DNA from: Escherichia coli
GTDB taxonomy: Bacteria; Pseudomonadota; Gammaproteobacteria; Enterobacterales; Enterobacteriaceae
Direction: 5' to 3' (one strand)
Length of the DNA stretch: 64,000 nt
Assembly: GCF_003019035.1 (NCBI RefSeq)
Contig: NZ_CP027447.1
How positions within the stretch are numbered: position 1 is the stretch's first letter; the number at the start of each line of letters is the position of its first letter. Made by a program: the position numbers and the translations under genes. Below the pieces are notes generated by a model. The model made no database searches. It had not been told where the DNA came from and was given only the letters and a program-made list of their open reading frames with translations. Below, one piece after another: positions 58,932 through 64,000 of the stretch.

Positions 58932-59747
58932 ATGATATCATTAAAAGCTCCGCACAATAATTTGATGCCATATACGCAACAAAGCATACTTAATACTGTT
59001 AAAAACAATCAGTTATCAGAGGATATCAAAAGCTCCCTGGTTTCCTGTGTCGATATATTCAAGGTTTTGATTAAACAATATTATGATTATCCTTATGATT
59101 GTCGTGATGATTTAGTCGATGACGACAAACTCATTCATCTCATGGCTGCCGTACGAGACTGTGAGTGGTCAGACGATAACGCACTCACCATAAATGTGCA
59201 GTTTAATGATTTCCCTGGGTTTTATGACTGGATGGATTACCCTGATCACCCGGTTAAGTTTGTTTTTCGCATACTTGAAAATCAAAAAGGGACAGTTTGG
59301 GTATATGACCAGGATGATGCGTTTCTTGATATTAAAGCAAATGTGCAGGCTGGACGCTTTACCGGGCTTAAGAAATTAGAGCAGTTTATCGATTCAGTGC
59401 GAACAGATTGCAAATGTATTCTTCTTGAACACCATATGCCTTTGCTGAGACTTTTCCCTAAAGGGAAAGAGTGTATGCATGTGGAAAAATGGCTTCGCGA
59501 AATGTCGTCTATCCCGGAGACCGACGCGCCCATTAAGCAGGCGCTTGCGCATGGATTATTATTACACTTAAAAAATATCTACCCTGTTTTTCCTGAATCA
59601 CTGGTGAGGTTATTGCTCTCTGTTCTGGACGTAAAAACATACAGAGATGATGCGCGATTAAATGAATGGATATCTAATAGAGTGCAGGAGTTAGGTGACA
59701 GATATTATCCTGTAAATAAGCACGTTAAAATCCGCTACACTCTTTAG
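58932..59747 (+). CDS. yahL: Hypothetical protein YahL
   Basis: 271-aa ORF at the syntenic position. Confidence 0.75.
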   Translation: MISLKAPHNNLMPYTQQSILNTVKNNQLSEDIKSSLVSCVDIFKVLIKQYYDYPYDCRDDLVDDDKLIHLMAAVRDCEWSDDNALTINVQFNDFPGFYDWMDYPDHPVKFVFRILENQKGTVWVYDQDDAFLDIKANVQAGRFTGLKKLEQFIDSVRTDCKCILLEHHMPLLRLFPKGKECMHVEKWLREMSSIPETDAPIKQALAHGLLLHLKNIYPVFPESLVRLLLSVLDVKTYRDDARLNEWISNRVQELGDRYYPVNKHVKIRYTL

Positions 59748-60160
59748 TTCAGAAAGGGTTCCACCTGCGAGTTGTTATTCCACCAGAGAGTGAATCGCAA
59801 AGCAGGTGATCATTTCATCTGTATATCCGTATGCCAAATGGCATTCCACCGCCTTTTTCGCCGATATTTTGTTGTGATCGGCGACGCTTCGCTTAAAAAA
59901 GCATCAGCAGTGGTTTCGCAGCTATACGGTGTATAAAAAAATGATCTCATGCAGATGTTTTGTGAATGTGTGGGTTGACATTCATATGAAAAAAATCATA
60001 ATTCCATCATGTTTGTGTGGGGGCTTTTCTGTATCTTACGCATCGCACTCAAGCCTGACAGAAAATATGCTGTAAGGCTCATATCAAAAACCGCCATTAG
60101 CTCATCAGGAAGAGCAGACGACAACCAGGATTGTTGTATGGTACGGGGTTCGAGGCCTCG

Positions 60161-60406
60161 ATGGCGGTCCAACTTTTCATAACTCTTCTGAATCAGATCC
60201 CCTTATTATCATCCCTGCAAAGTGAAACATTGCCATTGTTTGGCTATTCAGGACGGGTCAGAGCAATGAAAAAAGCCCACACAGGGGAGAGTGGGCTGAA
60301 ATGGGAAGCTAAAGACTCAAGTAAACTTATCGGAAATAAGGACCACGCATTACGGGGGCTATCATCGCCGATGGTCGGGATCCGGCAAATCAGGTTGATT
60401 ACGTAG
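60161..60406 (+). CDS. yahM: Small protein YahM
   Basis: ORF 60131..60406; start set at the internal Met to give 81 aa. Confidence 0.5.
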   Translation: MAVQLFITLLNQIPLLSSLQSETLPLFGYSGRVRAMKKAHTGESGLKWEAKDSSKLIGNKDHALRGLSSPMVGIRQIRLIT

Positions 60407-60422
60407 AGAGTAAATTATCTGC

Positions 60423-61094
60423 TCACCGCTGCGTCACCCCTTCGTAAATCAGGCGTAGCGCGAATACACCAATAATTGCACCAATAACCCGACTGGCAAC
60501 GCGTTGTATACGCCCATAAGCACGACGCACAGCAGGCAAAGAAAACGCCTGACTAAGAAAGACTCGCCAGATAACTGATGCGAGCACAATCCCCGCCCAG
60601 GCCATTAAACGTGCCCATGTTGGTGTTTCGGCATTTAATGTTACTGAGAAAATACTGATAAAAAATAACACGGTTTGCGGGTTAGAGAGATCGGTAATTA
60701 ATCCGCGGCGAAAAAAGACATACCAGGGGGCGTTAATCGGTTGTTGTAGTGTGCTCATTTGCGGTGTTGACTGGCGGCGCATGCTGCACCACGCAAACCA
60801 TAAGAGATAAGCGCCGCCGACGATTCTGATAAGCGAAAAAATCTCCTCACACTGCGTAATTAGCGTTGCAAGACCAAACAAACCCAACCCGGAATAAAAT
60901 GCATCGCCCAGCGCCACGCCCAGCCCGGTCAGCACCCCTGCGCGTCGACCGGAAGCCAGGCTGGTTTGTACTACCACAAAGAGATTGGCTCCCGGATTAA
61001 AAAAAGTAATCACGAACAGTCCTACGGTCAGGTAAACGGCGTGCAAAGGATCCATAGTGATTTCATCCATAAATAAGTGAAGTAACTTCATCAT
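60423..61094 (-). CDS. yahN: LysE/RhtB-family amino acid exporter YahN
   Basis: 223-aa membrane ORF. Confidence 0.85.
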   Translation of the reverse strand: MMKLLHLFMDEITMDPLHAVYLTVGLFVITFFNPGANLFVVVQTSLASGRRAGVLTGLGVALGDAFYSGLGLFGLATLITQCEEIFSLIRIVGGAYLLWFAWCSMRRQSTPQMSTLQQPINAPWYVFFRRGLITDLSNPQTVLFFISIFSVTLNAETPTWARLMAWAGIVLASVIWRVFLSQAFSLPAVRRAYGRIQRVASRVIGAIIGVFALRLIYEGVTQR

Positions 61095-61240
61095 ATTTCT
61101 ACCAAAAATAATCGGGTGCGAGAGAGATCACAAAGTGTCTTATTTCCGGTTACTGGCGTTTATGCCCTGACTGAACTAATTATTAATCAACCCAATAATG
61201 TGGGTGGGTGATAGTGTGATAACAACTCTGGAGCCGTAAT

Positions 61241-61516
61241 ATGAAAATAATCTCTAAAATGTTAGTCGGTGCGTTAGCGTTTGCCGTTACCAATGTCTAT
61301 GCCGCAGAATTAATGACCAAAGCGGAATTTGAAAAGGTTGCATCGCAATATGAAAAAATAGGTGATATTTCAACCAGTAATGAAATGTCGACCGCAGATG
61401 CGAAAGAAGATTTGATCAAAAAAGCGGATGAAAAAGGGGCTGATGTGTTGGTACTGACCTCCGGTCAAACTGACAATAAGATCCACGGCACGGCAAATAT
61501 TTATAAGAAGAAGTAA
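61241..61516 (+). CDS. yahO: Periplasmic DUF1471 protein YahO
   Basis: 91-aa ORF with signal peptide [21 protein letters not shown]. Confidence 0.85.
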   Translation: MKIISKMLVGALAFAVTNVYAAELMTKAEFEKVASQYEKIGDISTSNEMSTADAKEDLIKKADEKGADVLVLTSGQTDNKIHGTANIYKKK

Positions 61517-61616
61517 TTCTGAATCCTATGTAAACATCCCCGATGCGTAAGTTTATCGGTGATCATCATCTATTGAAATTTATGCCGGATAAAGCGTTCG
61601 CGCTGCATTCGGCAGT

Positions 61617-63203
61617 TCAGCTTTTCAGCCGCCGCCAGAACGTCGTCCGGCTGATACCTAAATAATTCGCCGCTGCTGTTTTATCGCCTTTAAATTTCTC
61701 CAGTGCCTGTTGTGGTGTCAGTAAGCGGGGAGCGGGAATTTTCGCCGACTCGCGCGCCAGCTCCGGCAGTAGCAGCTGCAAAAACTGCGGCGTTAAATCC
61801 GGCGTCGGTTCCACACTTAAAAACAGCGCCAGTCGCTCCATCATATTGCGCAGTTCACGAATATTGCCCGGCCAGTCGTAGTGCACCAGCACGGTTTCGC
61901 TTGCCTGTAATCCCTGGCGTAATGCGGCAGAAAACGGGGCGGAGAGCGCCGCCAGAGACACTTTCAAAAAGCTTTCCGCCAGCGGCAGAATATCCGTCAC
62001 CCGCTCGCGCAGTGGTGGCAATTGCAGACGCAAAATACTCAGCCGATAAAACAGATCACGGCGAAACTGCCCTTGCCGCATATCTTCTTCCAGATTGCAG
62101 TGAGTGGCGCTAATGACTCGCACATCCACCGGAACAGGCTGATGCCCGCCGACGCGGGTGACCTCTTTTTCTTCCAGCACCCGTAACAGGCGAGTCTGCA
62201 AAGGTAGCGGCATTTCGCCAATCTCATCCAGAAACAGCGTACCGCCGTGGGCGATTTCGAACAGCCCGGCGCGACCTCCGCGTCGCGAGCCGGTAAACGC
62301 CCCTTCTTCATAGCCAAACAGCTCCGCTTCCAGCAGCGATTCGGCAATCGCTCCGCAGTTGACGGCAACAAACGGATGCGACTTTTTGCCCTGTCGCGCA
62401 TCGTGGCGGGCAAAATATTCCCGATGAATCGCCTGGGCCGCCAGCTCTTTGCCCGTCCCCGTTTCCCCCTCAATCAACACCGCCGCACTGGAGCGGGCAT
62501 ACAGCAAAATAGTCTGCCGTACCTGTTCCATCTGTGGTGATTGACCGAGCATATCGCCCAGCACGTAACGAGTACGCAGGGCATTGCGGGTGGCATCGTG
62601 AGTGTTATGGCGTAACGACATGCGCGTCATATCCAGCGCATCGCTGAATGCCTGGCGCACGGTGGCGGCGGAATAGATAAAAATTCCGGTCATTCCGGCT
62701 TCTTCTGCCAGATCGGTAATCAGCCCCGCGCCGACCACCGCTTCGGTGCCGTTAGCTTTCAGCTCGTTAATCTGCCCGCGCGCGTCTTCTTCGGTAATGT
62801 AGCTACGTTGGTCGAGGCGCAAATTAAAGGTTTTTTGAAACGCCACCAGTGCCGGAATAGTTTCCTGATAAGTGACAACGCCGATAGAAGAGGTGAGTTT
62901 TCCGGCTTTTGCCAGTGCCTGTAACACATCGTAGCCGCTCGGTTTAATCAAAATAACTGGCACTGACAGGCGGCTTTTCAGGTACGCGCCGTTAGAGCCA
63001 GCGGCGATGATGGCGTCGCAGCGTTCGTTTGCCAGTTTCTTGCGGATGTAGGTCACTGCTTTTTCAAAGCCAAGCTGAATAGGGGTAATGTTCGCCAGGT
63101 GATCAAACTCGAGGCTGATATCGCGAAACAGCTCGAATAAGCGCGTCACCGATACCGTCCAGATAACCGGTTTGTCGTCATTCAGCCGTGGTGGATGTGC
63201 CAT
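61617..63203 (-). CDS. prpR: Sigma54-dependent propionate regulon activator PrpR
   Basis: AAA+ sigma54-activator motifs ([14 protein letters not shown]) and C-terminal HTH; start set at MAHPPRLN. Confidence 0.9.
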   Translation of the reverse strand: MAHPPRLNDDKPVIWTVSVTRLFELFRDISLEFDHLANITPIQLGFEKAVTYIRKKLANERCDAIIAAGSNGAYLKSRLSVPVILIKPSGYDVLQALAKAGKLTSSIGVVTYQETIPALVAFQKTFNLRLDQRSYITEEDARGQINELKANGTEAVVGAGLITDLAEEAGMTGIFIYSAATVRQAFSDALDMTRMSLRHNTHDATRNALRTRYVLGDMLGQSPQMEQVRQTILLYARSSAAVLIEGETGTGKELAAQAIHREYFARHDARQGKKSHPFVAVNCGAIAESLLEAELFGYEEGAFTGSRRGGRAGLFEIAHGGTLFLDEIGEMPLPLQTRLLRVLEEKEVTRVGGHQPVPVDVRVISATHCNLEEDMRQGQFRRDLFYRLSILRLQLPPLRERVTDILPLAESFLKVSLAALSAPFSAALRQGLQASETVLVHYDWPGNIRELRNMMERLALFLSVEPTPDLTPQFLQLLLPELARESAKIPAPRLLTPQQALEKFKGDKTAAANYLGISRTTFWRRLKS

Positions 63204-63379
63204 AGCGCACCGCAAAGTTAAGAAACCGAATATTGGGTTTAGCCTTGTTTCATAATTGTTGCAATGAAACGCGGTGAAACATTGCCTGAAACGTTAACTG
63301 AAACGCATATTTGCGGATTACTTCATGACTTTATTTATAACAAATTGAAATTAAACATTTAATTTTATTCAGTCAATTG

Positions 63380-63394
63380 TGGCACACCCCTTGC
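63380..63394 (+). promoter_or_regulatory. Sigma54 promoter (-24/-12) of prpB
   Basis: TGGCAC-ACCCC-TTGC, about 48 nt upstream of the prpB ATG. Confidence 0.7.
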
Positions 63395-63441
63395 TTTGTC
63401 TTTATCAACGAAAATAACAAGTTGATAACAAAGGATGGGCT

Positions 63442-64000
63442 ATGTCTCTACACTCTCTAGGTAAAGCGTTTCGCGCTGCACTGTCTAAAGAAAATCCATT
63501 GCAGATTGTTGGCACCATTAACGCCAACCATGCGCTGTTGGCGCAGCGTGCCGGATATCAGGCAATTTATCTCTCCGGCGGTGGCGTGGCGGCAGGGTCG
63601 CTGGGGCTGCCCGATCTCGGTATTTCTACTCTTGATGACGTGCTGACAGATATTCGCCGTATCACCGACGTTTGTTCGCTGCCGCTGCTGGTGGATGCGG
63701 ATATCGGTTTTGGTCCTTCTGCTTTTAACGTGGCGCGCACCGTGAAATCGATGATTAAAGCCGGTGCGGCAGGATTGCATATTGAAGATCAGGTTGGTGC
63801 GAAACGCTGCGGTCATCGTCCGAACAAAGCGATCGTCTCGAAAGAGGAGATGGTGGATCGGATCCGTGCGGCGGTGGATGCGAAAACCGATCCTGATTTT
63901 GTGATCATGGCGCGCACCGATGCGCTGGCGGTAGAGGGGTTGGATGCGGCGATTGAGCGTGCGCAGGCCTATGTTGAAGCGGGTGCCGAGATGTTGTTCC
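63442..64000 (+). CDS. prpB: 2-methylisocitrate lyase PrpB, N-terminal part (runs off window end)
   Basis: My translation: [48 protein letters not shown]...; not in the ORF track because no stop lies in the window. Confidence 0.85.
   Translation, partial: MSLHSLGKAFRAALSKENPLQIVGTINANHALLAQRAGYQAIYLSGGGVAAGSLGLPDLGISTLDDVLTDIRRITDVCSLPLLVDADIGFGPSAFNVARTVKSMIKAGAAGLHIEDQVGAKRCGHRPNKAIVSKEEMVDRIRAAVDAKTDPDFVIMARTDALAVEGLDAAIERAQAYVEAGAEMLF

Overview
Escherichia coli chromosomal segment, mostly syntenic with the K-12 yagU-ecp-ykgMO-eaeH-rcl-ykgEFG-bet-yah-prp region, with several strain-specific differences. The left 3.3 kb is AT-rich foreign DNA ending at a 46-bp 3' fragment of tRNA-Thr (thrW), i.e. 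the right junction of an island integrated at thrW. That island edge carries the most interesting content: a 611-aa protein with a complete set of retron-type reverse transcriptase motifs fused to a C-terminal TOPRIM-like domain, diverging from a truncated GIY-YIG-like gene across a 700-bp non-coding region. A ~100-bp element with a covarying hairpin occurs twice (inside the island and between ykgJ and ecpE). Other accessory content: a six-gene redox/hydrolase cluster between rpmE2 and an intact eaeH/fdeC, and an ASCH gene plus monosaccharide ABC transporter between yahJ and yahK. No CRISPR array, rRNA or intact tRNA was found. All calls are from reading the sequence and ORF translations; no database search was run, and K-12 comparisons are from memory.
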